DNA of 64,000 nt from Nitrospirota bacterium (GTDB lineage Bacteria; Nitrospirota; UBA9217), in assembly GCA_963749655.1 (NCBI GenBank), contig CAVVOB010000020.1:32001-96000 (forward strand), given 5' to 3'. The position numbers and the translations under genes were made by a program. The notes below the pieces were generated by a model. It worked only from the letters and a program-made list of their open reading frames with translations. It was not told where the DNA came from and searched no databases. Below are positions 10,366 to 20,989 of this stretch, piece after piece. How positions within the stretch are numbered: the stretch's first letter is position 1; every line of letters begins with the position of its first letter.

Positions 10366-10974
10366 TTATTTGCCTTCGACTATTTTCACCTTCATCTCAA
10401 CGCGATCATTCGGCTTGTCATTGGCGTCCCGGGGCTGGGAAACGATCTTGTCCACCACTTCCATCCCGTTCTCCACTTCGCCGAAGACCGTGTACTGGCG
10501 GTCGAGGAACGAAGAATCCTTGACGCAGATGAAGAACTGCGATCCCGCGCTGTCGGGGCTTTGAGCCCTTGCCATGGAAAGCGTACCGCGCTTGTGGGGC
10601 CGGTCGTTGAACTCCGCTTTGATGGTATAGCCCGGTCCGCCGGTCCCGGCGCCGCGGGCCTGCGGGTCCTTGGTGATCGGGTCGCCACCCTGGATCATGA
10701 ATCCCGGAATGACGCGGTGAAAGATGGTGTTGTCGTAGAGGCCCTTTTTGGCCAGGTCGATGAAGTTCTTTACGTGGCCCGGCGCCTTGTCCGGGAAGAA
10801 TTTCAGCGTGATGTTTCCGAACTTCGTTTCAATGATCGCCTTTGTTTCCGACATTTTCTTGATCTCCTCTTTGGTGGCGGTTATAGTCTTGAGCGGCTTG
10901 CCGAACTGCGCGGAGGCGGTAAGACTCACGAACAGAATGGCCAGGGCTGTAACCAGAATTCCGGCAATCTTCAT
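10366..10974 (-). CDS. Cyclophilin-type peptidyl-prolyl isomerase, exported
   Basis: FHRVIPGFMIQGGDP, SMARA, SAGSQFFI, YTVFGEV; N-terminal signal peptide. Confidence 0.95.
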   Translation of the reverse strand: MKIAGILVTALAILFVSLTASAQFGKPLKTITATKEEIKKMSETKAIIETKFGNITLKFFPDKAPGHVKNFIDLAKKGLYDNTIFHRVIPGFMIQGGDPITKDPQARGAGTGGPGYTIKAEFNDRPHKRGTLSMARAQSPDSAGSQFFICVKDSSFLDRQYTVFGEVENGMEVVDKIVSQPRDANDKPNDRVEMKVKIVEGK

Positions 10975-11350
10975 TTTGCGTTAAATCCTCCTGCAGGCAT
11001 TTTTCAAACGGGTGTTCACGGGCCGAAGACACTACGAAGGACAGTTACTGAATCTATATTCTTTTACCAGAAACCCCGGGGGTTGTCAAACAAAACCAGA
11101 GGCTTGCGGAAGGCGGAATACCCCGGCAGGAAGGCCCCGGACCGACTTTTTTAGTTAAATGAACGGTCCGGCAAAAGTGCTCTGCCGATTGGCGGTTTCC
11201 CGGATCTGCTGTTATACTAAAGCAAGAGGGTTGCGGTTCTGAAGGGGGTCCAGCCGGATGGACCTGGCTGAGCCACGGTGCCGATACCGGCGCTGGAGGC
11301 GGAAGTCTTGTGCTTCCGGCGCGGGAAGAGGTGTGATTCGAGAGGGGCCT

Positions 11351-11746
11351 ATGGCTGCCGATGAGAAGGACAAAAGAGATTTTATCAGGGTTCCCCTGAA
11401 GACCGAGGTCGCGGTCCGGACCGGGGGGAGGGTGATACGCGCTGCTGTCGACCTCAATCTCAGCATGAACGGGATCGCGTTCAGAACGGACCAGGCAGTT
11501 CCTGCCGAAGGGGCCGCATGTACCGTGCAAATTTTTCTGACCGGCCTCGAGCAGAGGATCGCCATTGAAGCGGAGGGCGCCGTGGTCCGTACGGTTCCGG
11601 GAAGCCTGGCAGTCGAGTTTACCGAACTGGACCTCGACAGCTACCATCATCTGCGTCGACTCATACTGAGCAATACGAATGACCCTGACCGGGCTGAACG
11701 GGAATTCGAAGCGCACTGGGGCATCCGTCGGCCCCGCCCGGCTTAA
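11351..11746 (+). CDS. PilZ domain protein
   Basis: KRDFIR (RxxxR) and NLSMNG (D/NxSxxG). Confidence 0.85.
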   Translation: MAADEKDKRDFIRVPLKTEVAVRTGGRVIRAAVDLNLSMNGIAFRTDQAVPAEGAACTVQIFLTGLEQRIAIEAEGAVVRTVPGSLAVEFTELDLDSYHHLRRLILSNTNDPDRAEREFEAHWGIRRPRPA

Positions 11747-11882
11747 GCGGAGCATTTTGGCGGGGCCTTTCTGCGGGAAAGGGTGCGCGCCGTCACAACA
11801 TTCCTTCCAATTTCAGGAGTTTTCTGGTACTATTTCGAACCAGCGCCAATGCTATCGTTCACATCACGAAAGGAGTGTCATC

Positions 11883-12308
11883 ATGGTACAGAAGGCCAGC
11901 GGCAAGTTGACGGACATGTTGAACAAGGCGATCGCCCGCGAGATCCAGGTGAGCGTCCAGTACATGTGGCAGCATGTGATGGCGAAAGGGCTCGAGTCGG
12001 CCGAGATTGCCGACGTGTTCAAGGACGTCGCGATCACCGAGATGAAGCACGCTGAAAAGATCGCGGAGCGGCTTTTTTACTTCGACGTCGCGCCCACGAC
12101 TAAGCCGGACCCCATCAAGATGGGCGGCACGGTCAAGGACATGCTCGAGTTCGATGCAAAGGCCGAGGAAGAGGCCATCGATCTCTACAAGGAAATTGTC
12201 AAGCAGGCGGGAGCGGAAGGCGATTCCACGACCAGGCTCCTCTTTGAGCAGATCCTGGCTGAGGAAGAGGAGCATCACGACACCTTTACGACCCTGCTGG
12301 GGAAGTAA
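11883..12308 (+). CDS. Ferritin-like / bacterioferritin family protein
   Basis: E..QY, EMKH, EEEAI..Y, EEEHH diiron ligands; AAGGAG SD. Confidence 0.88.
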   Translation: MVQKASGKLTDMLNKAIAREIQVSVQYMWQHVMAKGLESAEIADVFKDVAITEMKHAEKIAERLFYFDVAPTTKPDPIKMGGTVKDMLEFDAKAEEEAIDLYKEIVKQAGAEGDSTTRLLFEQILAEEEEHHDTFTTLLGK

Positions 12309-12405
12309 CGGATTCGTTCCGCGGCAAACGCGGGATTTCTACGGTTCAGGAACACCCGCTCTCCGACACCGGTTGCCGGCACGTTGACCTTTCAGCACCT
12401 AACCT

Positions 12406-13251
12406 ATGCAGATCATAACCGCTATCCCGGAAATGCAGTCCCTCGCCGATTCCCTGAGAAAGCAGGGGCGCGCGATCGGCTTCGTCCCGACCATGGGATT
12501 TCTCCATGACGGCCATCTTTCCCTCATAAATCACGCGCGGCAGGAGTGCGACGCCACGGTGGTCAGCATCTTCGTGAACCCCACGCAGTTCGGGCCGCAG
12601 GAAGATTTCGACCGCTATCCGCGCGATGAGGAGGGGGACCGGAAGAAGTGCGAATCCGCAGGCGTCGATTTTCTGTTCATGCCCCGTGCAGGGGACATGT
12701 ATCCCTGCAAGCCCGACGTGTTCGTTACCGTTGAGGGGGTCTCCGGCCTTCTTGAAGGCGCGGTGCGGCCGGGGCATTTTCGGGGCGTTGCCACGGTGGT
12801 CTGCAAACTGTTCAATATCGTCCGGCCGCATAAAGCTTTTTTCGGGCAGAAGGACTACCAGCAGTGCGTTGTGCTCAAACGCATGACCGCGGGCCTCAAT
12901 ATGGATGTCGAGGTCACGATGCTTCCGACGGTCCGCGAGCAGGACGGCCTTGCCATGAGCTCTCGTAATACCTACCTCGGCAGGGACGAGCGTAGTGCCG
13001 CCGCTGCGATCCATCGCGCCCTGTCTGCAGCGGAGCATCTGGTCCGGGCGGGCGTGAAGGAGCCTGAAAAAGTAAGGAACAAAGTGCTGGCTGTGCTGCG
13101 CGAGGAGCCTTCGATCTCGGTCGACTACATCGAAATCGCTGACCCGGAATGTCTCGCGCCGCTCGATGTCGTGGGGGAGAGGGTCGTGATATTAGTTGCT
13201 GTCCGGATCGGACGCACCAGACTGATTGACAATCTTCTTGTCGTGCAATAA
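12406..13251 (+). CDS. panC: Pantoate--beta-alanine ligase
   Basis: VPTMGFLHDGH, RPGHFRGV, FGQKDYQQ, GLAMSSRN, RLIDN. Confidence 0.97.
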   Translation: MQIITAIPEMQSLADSLRKQGRAIGFVPTMGFLHDGHLSLINHARQECDATVVSIFVNPTQFGPQEDFDRYPRDEEGDRKKCESAGVDFLFMPRAGDMYPCKPDVFVTVEGVSGLLEGAVRPGHFRGVATVVCKLFNIVRPHKAFFGQKDYQQCVVLKRMTAGLNMDVEVTMLPTVREQDGLAMSSRNTYLGRDERSAAAAIHRALSAAEHLVRAGVKEPEKVRNKVLAVLREEPSISVDYIEIADPECLAPLDVVGERVVILVAVRIGRTRLIDNLLVVQ

Positions 13252-13467
13252 GTAAAGAAGCGCCCGCCCCGATCGTTCATTCCAAGCCGTAACGACGTTC
13301 TCGCTTCCAGGGACGGCGGCAAGGGCCCTCTGCATCCTGTCCATTGTGGCAGAATCATTTTGCCCCCCGGTTAAAAACCGCGCATAAGAAGCCAGGCTGG
13401 AAATTCCCTGTGCCGGATGCACGCTCTCGGACAGCCTGCTCATTCGCAACTGCTGTATACTTGAAGT

Positions 13468-14217
13468 ATGTTCCCGATCAAGGACACCATTCCACGCTTT
13501 AACTACCCCTTCGCCACGGTGGCGATCATTGTCGCAAATGTGCTCGCCTTTGCCGTCGAGCTCTCTTTTCCCGGTGATGAACGGGACGCCTTCATCTACC
13601 TCTTCGGGCTTGTGCCGGCGCGGTATTCGCACCCATCCTGGGCGCAGGTAATGGGCCTTCCCCTGGACACGTACTGGCCCTTTGTAACGAGCCTGTTCCT
13701 GCACGGCGGCTGGCTTCATCTCATCGGGAACATGTGGTTCCTTTATCTTTTCGGCGACAACGTCGAGGACCGGATGGGGCCGCTTCGGTTCGTTTTTTTC
13801 TACCTCTTGGCCGGTATCGCGGCAAACGTCGTGCATTTTTTTGCAAACAGCGATTCACCGATGCCGGTCATCGGCGCATCGGGCGCCATTGCAGGCGTCA
13901 TGGCCGCCTACCTCCGCCTCTATCCCCGCGCCCGCATCGTCACGCTCGTTCCGGTCCTGTTCTTTCCGTTCTTTTTTGAAGTGCCGGCGGTGCTCTTTAT
14001 GGGGTTCTGGTTCGTGATGCAGCTTTTTTCCGGTGCTCTATCGCTCGCGATTGCGGATCAGGGAGGAGGCATAGCCTGGTGGGAGCATGTCGGCGGGTTT
14101 GCGGTAGGATACCTGCTCATCAAGCCTCTGTGCAGCAGGACGCTGGGCGGCTGCCGCAGGGACGATCCTGCGAATATGGCTGTCGATGATGGATCAACCG
14201 AGAAACGGCAGCTGTAA
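13468..14217 (+). CDS. Rhomboid family intramembrane serine protease
   Basis: FLHGGWLHLIGNM, GASG, WWEHVGGF. Confidence 0.93.
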   Translation: MFPIKDTIPRFNYPFATVAIIVANVLAFAVELSFPGDERDAFIYLFGLVPARYSHPSWAQVMGLPLDTYWPFVTSLFLHGGWLHLIGNMWFLYLFGDNVEDRMGPLRFVFFYLLAGIAANVVHFFANSDSPMPVIGASGAIAGVMAAYLRLYPRARIVTLVPVLFFPFFFEVPAVLFMGFWFVMQLFSGALSLAIADQGGGIAWWEHVGGFAVGYLLIKPLCSRTLGGCRRDDPANMAVDDGSTEKRQL

Positions 14218-14343
14218 CCACGGATGAACACGGTTAGACCCTAAATCAACAACGGAGTCCAAACGAAAAATTCACCCCGGTGGTGATCATGTTTTCGCGT
14301 GAGCACGTTGAATTATCCGCGCTTATCCGTATTAATCGTGATT
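14216..14343. repeat. Inverted pair of period-9 arrays
   Basis: aaccacggatgaacacgg starting within the rhomboid stop codon; atccgcgcttatccgtattaatcgtgatt at 14315-14343. Confidence 0.55.
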
Positions 14344-14430
14344 TAGCCCTCTTCCTGGGCAGAAGGTTTTTCCCAGCAGGCCACATGGCGCCGTTCTTTC
14401 CGGCCGGAGAGCCGGAGGCAGGAACGGCGT

Positions 14431-15936
14431 TTATACCATGACCACTTCGTACTGTTCCTGGTGAAGGTTGGGGTCGGCTTTGATCACGATCTTTTTCTGG
14501 AATTCCTTTTCCAGCTCTTCCACCCCCTGCCGTTCCTCGTCGTAGAGCATGTCTGCAACCAGGGAGTTGACCGTGACGAGCGCCTTCTTTTCCTCGGCAT
14601 TGGTGAAGGCCCGGCGGAGCTCGCGCAGGACCTCGTAGCACACGGTTCTGCTCGATTTGACGAAGCCCCGGCCGTCGCAGTAGGGGCAGGTGTCGCAGAG
14701 CGTGCGGCCCAGGCTCTCACGGACGCGCTTCCTCGTCATCTCGATGAGCCCGATGGGTGAGATGTGGGAGATCGTCGTCTTCGCCTTGTCGCTTGCCAGC
14801 GCTTCCTGAAGGGCTGAGTAGACCTTCCGGCGGTTGTCCTCGCGCTCCATGTCGATGAAGTCGAGGATGATGATCCCGCCGATGTTCCGCAGCCGCAGCT
14901 GGTACGCGATCTCGCGGACCGCCTCGAGGTTGGTCTTCAGGATCGTGTCCTCCAGCGTGCGCTTTCCCACGTACCGCCCCGTGTTCACATCGATTGCCGT
15001 GAGCGCCTCGGTCTGGTCCACGATGATGTACCCGCCGGACTTGAGCCAGACCTTCCTGCCGAGGGCGCGCGAGATCTCGATCTCGACGCCGTAGTGATCG
15101 AAGATGGGATCGTCTCCGTCGTAGGGTTTCACGCGGCGGCTCAGCTGGGGAATGTAGGAGTCGATGAATTCCTTGACGCGCTGGTATTCTTCTGCTGAGT
15201 CGATGACCATGCGGTCGATGTCGCGGGTAAAGATGTCCCGGATGATCCGGAAAACGAGGTCCAGTTCGTTGTGTACGAGCGCGGGGGCGGACATACGCTC
15301 TCGTTTTTTGTGGATGTTCTCCCAGAGCCTGCCGAGAAACTCGATGTCCGCCGTGAAGTCGTCCTCGGTCCTGCCCTGGCTCGCAGTCCTGATGATATAG
15401 CCCGTGTTCGGCTTCCGGAGCCTCCCCACGATCTCCCGGAGCCGTTTCCGTTCCTCGCCGTTCTCGATCCTGCGCGATACGCCGATGTGGTTCACGCCCG
15501 GCATCATGACCAGGTATCTGCCGGGGATGCTGATATAGGTCGTCACCCGGGCGCCCTTCGTGCTGATCGGCTCCTTCGAAACCTGGACCAGGATTTCCTG
15601 GCCTTCCTGCAGCAGGTCCTCTATCTGGTTCGAGTGCGTGCGCTTCCGTTTAGTTTCAACTTCCAGCTCAAGCCCTTCGTCGTCCATCATGGGCGTGTAT
15701 TCCGAGGTGCTGTCGAAGACGTCCCCCACGTACAGGAACGCGGATTTTTCCAGGCCGATGTCCACGAAAGCGGCCTGCATACCCGGCAGCACCTTCATCA
15801 CGCGGCCCTTGTACACGTTGCCCGCAATGCCGCGGTCTTTTTTTCGGTCTATGAATATGTCGGTGACAAGGCTGTTTTCAAGAAGAGCGACCCGCGTTTC
15901 CTCCCTGCCTGCATTGACGATGATCTCTGACGACAT
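14431..15936 (-). CDS. rng: Ribonuclease G (Rne/Rng family)
   Basis: GNVYKGRV..VLPGMQAAFVDIG, AIDVNTG, RLRNIGGIIILDFIDM, CPYCDG. Confidence 0.95.
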   Translation of the reverse strand: MSSEIIVNAGREETRVALLENSLVTDIFIDRKKDRGIAGNVYKGRVMKVLPGMQAAFVDIGLEKSAFLYVGDVFDSTSEYTPMMDDEGLELEVETKRKRTHSNQIEDLLQEGQEILVQVSKEPISTKGARVTTYISIPGRYLVMMPGVNHIGVSRRIENGEERKRLREIVGRLRKPNTGYIIRTASQGRTEDDFTADIEFLGRLWENIHKKRERMSAPALVHNELDLVFRIIRDIFTRDIDRMVIDSAEEYQRVKEFIDSYIPQLSRRVKPYDGDDPIFDHYGVEIEISRALGRKVWLKSGGYIIVDQTEALTAIDVNTGRYVGKRTLEDTILKTNLEAVREIAYQLRLRNIGGIIILDFIDMEREDNRRKVYSALQEALASDKAKTTISHISPIGLIEMTRKRVRESLGRTLCDTCPYCDGRGFVKSSRTVCYEVLRELRRAFTNAEEKKALVTVNSLVADMLYDEERQGVEELEKEFQKKIVIKADPNLHQEQYEVVMV

Positions 15937-16124
15937 GAAGTCTCCTTGGCAATGAGTTGTATGGTGCTGATTCCATTCTATATTAAGTCGGCTTTCTAAA
16001 CAAGGGTAAAGCGACGAAAGGAGTATACAGCATCGAGACGGATGTCTGAGCAATCAATGGGACGAAGGCTATTGGTTATCTGACATTAAACTTGCTTTTA
16101 TAATACTAAGTGAGGAGGCAGACT

Positions 16125-17227
16125 ATGTCAAGGAACCTGAAAAGTATGCTTCAAAGCGCAATCTCGAACCTGGAATTTGGCTACCGGATCATACGCGGTA
16201 TTGACTATGCAACCTTGAGCCAGTATATCCTCAAGATCAATAAACACAGGGATATTGACGCAATTCTCAAGGAAGTCTCCCATTGTTTGAAGGACATTCT
16301 TGATTATGAACTGTTCGGATTCGCACTGAAAATCAGCAATTCAGTGGACCTCTGGATCGATCCCGTGCCTACACCGCGTCCTTGACAGGCTGCGTAGAGA
16401 AGGATTTTGGGAGTCAAAAAGCTGACCATTGTATCCACTATTTTGAGAATGGAACCGTGGAAAACGGTCATAATTATGACGCGCCCGAGGTGAATAATCT
16501 TATTTCTTACTGCGTTATCGACGGCAAGTATGCTGCCCGTCTTTATATAGTACCGGGTAAAAAAATGCTCTATCATCACGACGGCATCATTTCCACCATC
16601 ATCAGTTCCATCAATATTGCTCTGGAAAAACACCTCAACATGAGACAGCTCGAGCATGCGGCAGCCGTCGATCAGCTGACGAACTGCTTTAATCGCAGAG
16701 CACTGGACACCTTCATCGAGAATGATGTTTTCTATGCCTTGCGGCAGAAATGCGATCTTTCGGTCATCATGTTCGATCTGGAAGATTTCAAGGAGATCAA
16801 CGATTGCTTCGGCCATTCGGCAGGCGATGCGGTCCTGAGGGAGATTGCCCTGCTGGTGCGGACCATGGTCAGGAAATCCGACTATATTGTCCGCTACGGC
16901 GGCGAGGAGTTCGTGCTGGTCCTTCGCGACACGAAACTCTACGATGCGGTCCACCTGGCGCACAAAATCAGAAAACTTGTCGAGAACCACTCCATAGGGT
17001 ACGGCCAGGAGATCCTGAAGGTGACCGCAAGTTTCGGCGTTGCGAGCCTTGAGGCCAAAGGCGACGGAAAGAGTCTGCTGCTTGAGGCGGATGAACGGCT
17101 GTATGCATCCAGGGGATCGGGCAAGAACAGCGTCGTGCCGAGCCTGCTGCCCTGCTTCGCCGACAAGAACTTCGTCACGGGCCGCAGCGTCGTTCATCAG
17201 GGCACGATCTGTGCGCGGGCCATGTAA
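16125..17227 (+). CDS. Diguanylate cyclase (sensor-GGDEF), one frameshift near 16363
   Basis: ORFs 16110-16385 and 16382-17227 join if one C is added to gatcccgtgcc (DPRAYTASLTG); RKSD I-site and RYGGEEF intact. Confidence 0.85.
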
Positions 17228-17274
17228 GGAAAATTTTTACCAAGGCAGGAAAATCTTTCCCGCCTGACGAGCCC

Positions 17275-19776
17275 TCACGAGATATGCATCGGGCTCTTCC
17301 ATTGATCATTGTCCCGGTAAAACATGGCGACCCGTCTGGTTCTGACGAGTGTGCCCTGCTCCTGGCTGATGCCGAACAGCTGTTCGATCACATCCTGGAT
17401 GCGCGGCTTGACCTGGTCCCGATCGATGAGCGTGATGCGCAGCCCCGAGGCCCCGTCTTGGCCTGTAGTTTCGATGGCTTCGATTCCCGGCCTGATATCC
17501 TTCTGCTTCCCCTCTTTTGTGACGATCACCGATGTGCGCGCGAGCATCTCACTGATACGCTCCGCAGTCCTGCCTTGGTCCTGCTCCGGCGCTTGAGCTT
17601 CGTAAACATATCTGCTGATGCTGCCTGAAAGAGACGGCGCTTTCATCGGGACGGTTCGCGATTCGAGAATCCGCACGTCCTTCGGCAGGGTGTTGTTCAG
17701 GGCCCTTGCGATTTCCGCGGGATCTGCAAAGGGACTGGTTTCCATGTCGAAAAACTCAGAATCGCTCTCTATACCGACAGGCAATGCCGGGCCGAAGGAT
17801 ATCCGGGGATGGGGATTGAACCCCTGCGAGTACATGATCGGCGTCCCCGAGCGGACAGCGGCGCGGTGCACCATGGTCATGAAGTCGAGATGGGAGAGAA
17901 AGCGCAGGCGGCCCGTTTTCGAGTACTTCATCCTGATCCGAACGGCAAGGTCGGGCAGCTGAGCTTTGGTGCGTTCCGGGACCGGGACCGGCCTGTCCGG
18001 TGTTTTGCCGCCTTCTGCAACAGCAGGTTTGCCGAGCGTCGCGCTGCCGCCGTCAGCACATCCGATCCCGCAATGGACGCAGGAAACGCGGCAGTTGTCG
18101 GATATTTCCGCAGCCAGGGCCCGGTTGAATTCGTTCTTCAGGAATTCGCCGGTGACTCCTGTCTTAACGTAGCTCCAGGGAAGTTCTTCCTCCAGGCTGA
18201 AGGTCCTGCAGGCGTAGGCGGCAGGGTCGATGCCGCAATCCGTAAAAATTCCGGTCCACTTTCCGAAATCGAAATGCTCTGTCCAGCCGTCGAACCTGCA
18301 GCCCGCACGCAGGGCTGCCTCAATGACCCTTCCGAGTGTCCGGTCGCCACGCGCGAAAGCGCCTTCGAGCAGGCTTGTTTCCGGATTGTGGGCCTTCAGC
18401 GCAATGCCGCGTCTGCGCAGCCCTTTCGCAAGGTAGGCCTGTTTCGCGCGGACCTCGTCGATAGGCGCCTGCGCCAGCCATTGGAAGGGAGTATGCGGCT
18501 TGGGCACAAAAGTCGAAACGCTCACGTTGATCTGAATATGCCTTTTCGAGACCCTCTTGCCGAAGTTCAGGATTTCATTGGCGATCCGCACGATTCCGTC
18601 CAGATCCTCGTTCGTTTCAGTCGGCAGGCCGATCATGAAGTACAGTTTCAGAACGTTCCACCCGTTCTGAAATATGGTCTCTGCGGCGTCCAGGAGATCG
18701 AGATCGCTCACAGGTTTGTTGATGACGCGCCTGAGCCGCTCGGTGCCGGCTTCGGGCGCAAGGGTGAATCCGGTCTTGCGCGTGCCGGCGATGGCCTTGA
18801 TCATCTCCGGCGTAAGCGTGCCGACGCGAAGCGACGGGAGAGAAACCGAGACGCGGCTTTCCCGGTGCTTTTCCATGAGCTCGATGACGAGGGGCTGGAT
18901 CTCGGAATGGTCGCCGGAGCTGAGCGAGGCCAGGGAAAGTTCTTCGTACCCGGTGCAGCGGAGCGATTCCTCCAGCAGCCCCTTGATCCGGTCCGCGCTC
19001 CGTTCGCGGTAGGGGCGGTAGATGACGCCTGCCTGGCAGAACCGGCATCCGCGTATGCAGCCGCGGGCGATCTCCACGGTCACCCGGTCATGGATCGGCT
19101 TCATGAGCGGCAGGAGGGGGGCGTCGGGATAGGGAGCGGAGTCGATGGATTTCAGAAACCGCCTGCGCACAGTCTGTTTTCCGAGGGACGGTACGAAAAA
19201 ACCGATCCGCTTCGACAGTGCTTCGAACAGGGCATTTTTCGAAGTGTGCTGCTGGCGGAGATCCACGAGTTCCTGCACCGCTTCCTCGGCCTCGCCGATG
19301 AAAAAAACGTCGATAAAATCGGAAAGGGGCTCGGGATTGACGGCGCAGGGGCCGCCCGCCACGATGACGGGGTGGCTTTCATTGCGTTCCGCAGAACGAA
19401 GAGGGATGCCGGCCAGGTCCAGGCCCGCCAGCACGTTCGTGTAGGACAGCTCGTACTGCAGTGTGAAGCCGACAAGATCGAACGCAGCGACCGGGACATT
19501 CGATTCAAGGCTCTTCAAAACCTGTCCTGAGTCGCGGAGTTTCTGCTCATAGTCCGGCCAGGGGGAGAAGACCCGCTCGCACACCGTGTCGGGCCGCTTG
19601 TTCAGGATGTGGTAGAGGATGCGCAGGCCGAGGTGGGACATGCCGACCTCGTAGGCGTCGGGGAAAAAAAGGCAGACCCTGGTCGCAACCTGCGCGTGGT
19701 CCTTATGGACCGCGTTGATCTCGCTGTTGATGTACCGCGCCGGCTTTGAAACAAGGGGAAGAAAATCTTCGTACAC
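17275..19776 (-). CDS. B12-binding radical SAM protein (TIGR03960 type) fused to a TIGR03936/DUF2344-type domain
   Basis: FPDAYEVGMSHLG, RGCIRGCRFCQAG, C-terminal FLSHLD...YSQGFNPHPRISF; conserved position after rodA. Confidence 0.88.
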   Translation of the reverse strand: MYEDFLPLVSKPARYINSEINAVHKDHAQVATRVCLFFPDAYEVGMSHLGLRILYHILNKRPDTVCERVFSPWPDYEQKLRDSGQVLKSLESNVPVAAFDLVGFTLQYELSYTNVLAGLDLAGIPLRSAERNESHPVIVAGGPCAVNPEPLSDFIDVFFIGEAEEAVQELVDLRQQHTSKNALFEALSKRIGFFVPSLGKQTVRRRFLKSIDSAPYPDAPLLPLMKPIHDRVTVEIARGCIRGCRFCQAGVIYRPYRERSADRIKGLLEESLRCTGYEELSLASLSSGDHSEIQPLVIELMEKHRESRVSVSLPSLRVGTLTPEMIKAIAGTRKTGFTLAPEAGTERLRRVINKPVSDLDLLDAAETIFQNGWNVLKLYFMIGLPTETNEDLDGIVRIANEILNFGKRVSKRHIQINVSVSTFVPKPHTPFQWLAQAPIDEVRAKQAYLAKGLRRRGIALKAHNPETSLLEGAFARGDRTLGRVIEAALRAGCRFDGWTEHFDFGKWTGIFTDCGIDPAAYACRTFSLEEELPWSYVKTGVTGEFLKNEFNRALAAEISDNCRVSCVHCGIGCADGGSATLGKPAVAEGGKTPDRPVPVPERTKAQLPDLAVRIRMKYSKTGRLRFLSHLDFMTMVHRAAVRSGTPIMYSQGFNPHPRISFGPALPVGIESDSEFFDMETSPFADPAEIARALNNTLPKDVRILESRTVPMKAPSLSGSISRYVYEAQAPEQDQGRTAERISEMLARTSVIVTKEGKQKDIRPGIEAIETTGQDGASGLRITLIDRDQVKPRIQDVIEQLFGISQEQGTLVRTRRVAMFYRDNDQWKSPMHIS

Positions 19777-19782
19777 GATGAC

Positions 19783-19851
19783 TCCAGGGTCCGGGGTCGG
19801 GGTCCAGGGTCGTTTTGATTCCTGGACCCTTGCTGCCGGACCCTTGCCCCT
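19783..19851. repeat. Inverted pair of period-7 arrays (GGGTCCA type)
   Basis: tccagggtccggggtcggggtccagggtc ... cctggacccttgctgccggacccttgcccct, between rodA and the radical SAM gene. Confidence 0.65.
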
Positions 19852-19858
19852 TAGGTTT

Positions 19859-20989
19859 TTAGTAGAACAACATGAAGCGCCGTGCCTGGATATTCAAGAG
19901 CAGGCCGAGGGCGAGGAATGTGGCGATTATGGAGGTGCCGCCGTAGCTCACGAGGGGGAGCGGCACGCCCACAACGGGAACGATGCCGACCGCCATGCCG
20001 ATGTTGATGAATACGTAGAGCGAGATCATCGCCACGATGCCGGCGGCCATAAGTACGCCGAGCCGGTCCTTGGCGTTCCTTGCCGTGTCGACGCCGATCA
20101 GCAGCAGCGACAGATAGAGGACCACGAGAAGGCTCGACCCGATGAGGCCGGTCTCCTCGGCGATGACGGCGAAGATGAAATCCGTGTGGCGCTCGGGCAG
20201 AAAGGCCATCTGGCTCTGCGTGCCCTTGCGGTATCCTTTTCCCGAGATCTGGCCCGAACCGACGGCGATCTTTGACTGATTTGCATGGTACCCGCTTCCG
20301 AGAGGGTCGGAGCTCGGATCGATGAAGGCCTTGATTCGGTTTTGCTGGTAAGGCTTGAGCGAGCCCCAGATCTTGTGGCGGACCGGCGGCACGGCGAAGA
20401 CCAGCGTGGCGACGACGGCGGCGGTGAGAACAACGAGCATTACCGAGCGGAGGCGGATGCCTGCGATCACCACGATAAGGGTCGAGGTCAGAAGCAGCAT
20501 AAGCGCTGTGCCGAGATCAGGTTGTTTCAAAACAAGGACCAGGGGCACAAGAACCATGGCGACCGGGACTGCGAGATCCTTCAGATCGTACTGCCCCCGC
20601 TTCGGGTCCTCGGCAAAATACCGCGCAAGGGCCAGGGTAAGCGAGAGTTTGGCAAGCTCCGACGGTTGAAAAGCGAAAGGGCCGATGGCGAGCCAGCGCT
20701 GGGCGCCCATCCCTGTTCGTCCGAAAACCATAACAAGGAGCAGGAGCACGAGCGACAGTGCGTACAGGATGTAAGCAAAGCGGCCGACTGTATGATAGTC
20801 GGGAATGAGCGCCAGGAACATCGTAAGTACGCCGAGGGACACCCAGACGAGCTGCTTGGTGAAGAGCGAAGAGGGACCCCGCGCAGTATAGGTGGCGCTG
20901 TAGACAGCGGCCAGACCGATGCACGCAATGGCCGCGATCAGGGCGATCATGCCCCAGGGCAGGTTAGCGAACCATCTTTGACTCAGCAT
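19859..20989 (-). CDS. rodA: Rod shape-determining protein RodA
   Basis: GAQRW, QPSELAK, QPDLGT, PERHTDFIF, PLVSYGG. Confidence 0.96.
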   Translation of the reverse strand: MLSQRWFANLPWGMIALIAAIACIGLAAVYSATYTARGPSSLFTKQLVWVSLGVLTMFLALIPDYHTVGRFAYILYALSLVLLLLVMVFGRTGMGAQRWLAIGPFAFQPSELAKLSLTLALARYFAEDPKRGQYDLKDLAVPVAMVLVPLVLVLKQPDLGTALMLLLTSTLIVVIAGIRLRSVMLVVLTAAVVATLVFAVPPVRHKIWGSLKPYQQNRIKAFIDPSSDPLGSGYHANQSKIAVGSGQISGKGYRKGTQSQMAFLPERHTDFIFAVIAEETGLIGSSLLVVLYLSLLLIGVDTARNAKDRLGVLMAAGIVAMISLYVFINIGMAVGIVPVVGVPLPLVSYGGTSIIATFLALGLLLNIQARRFMLFY

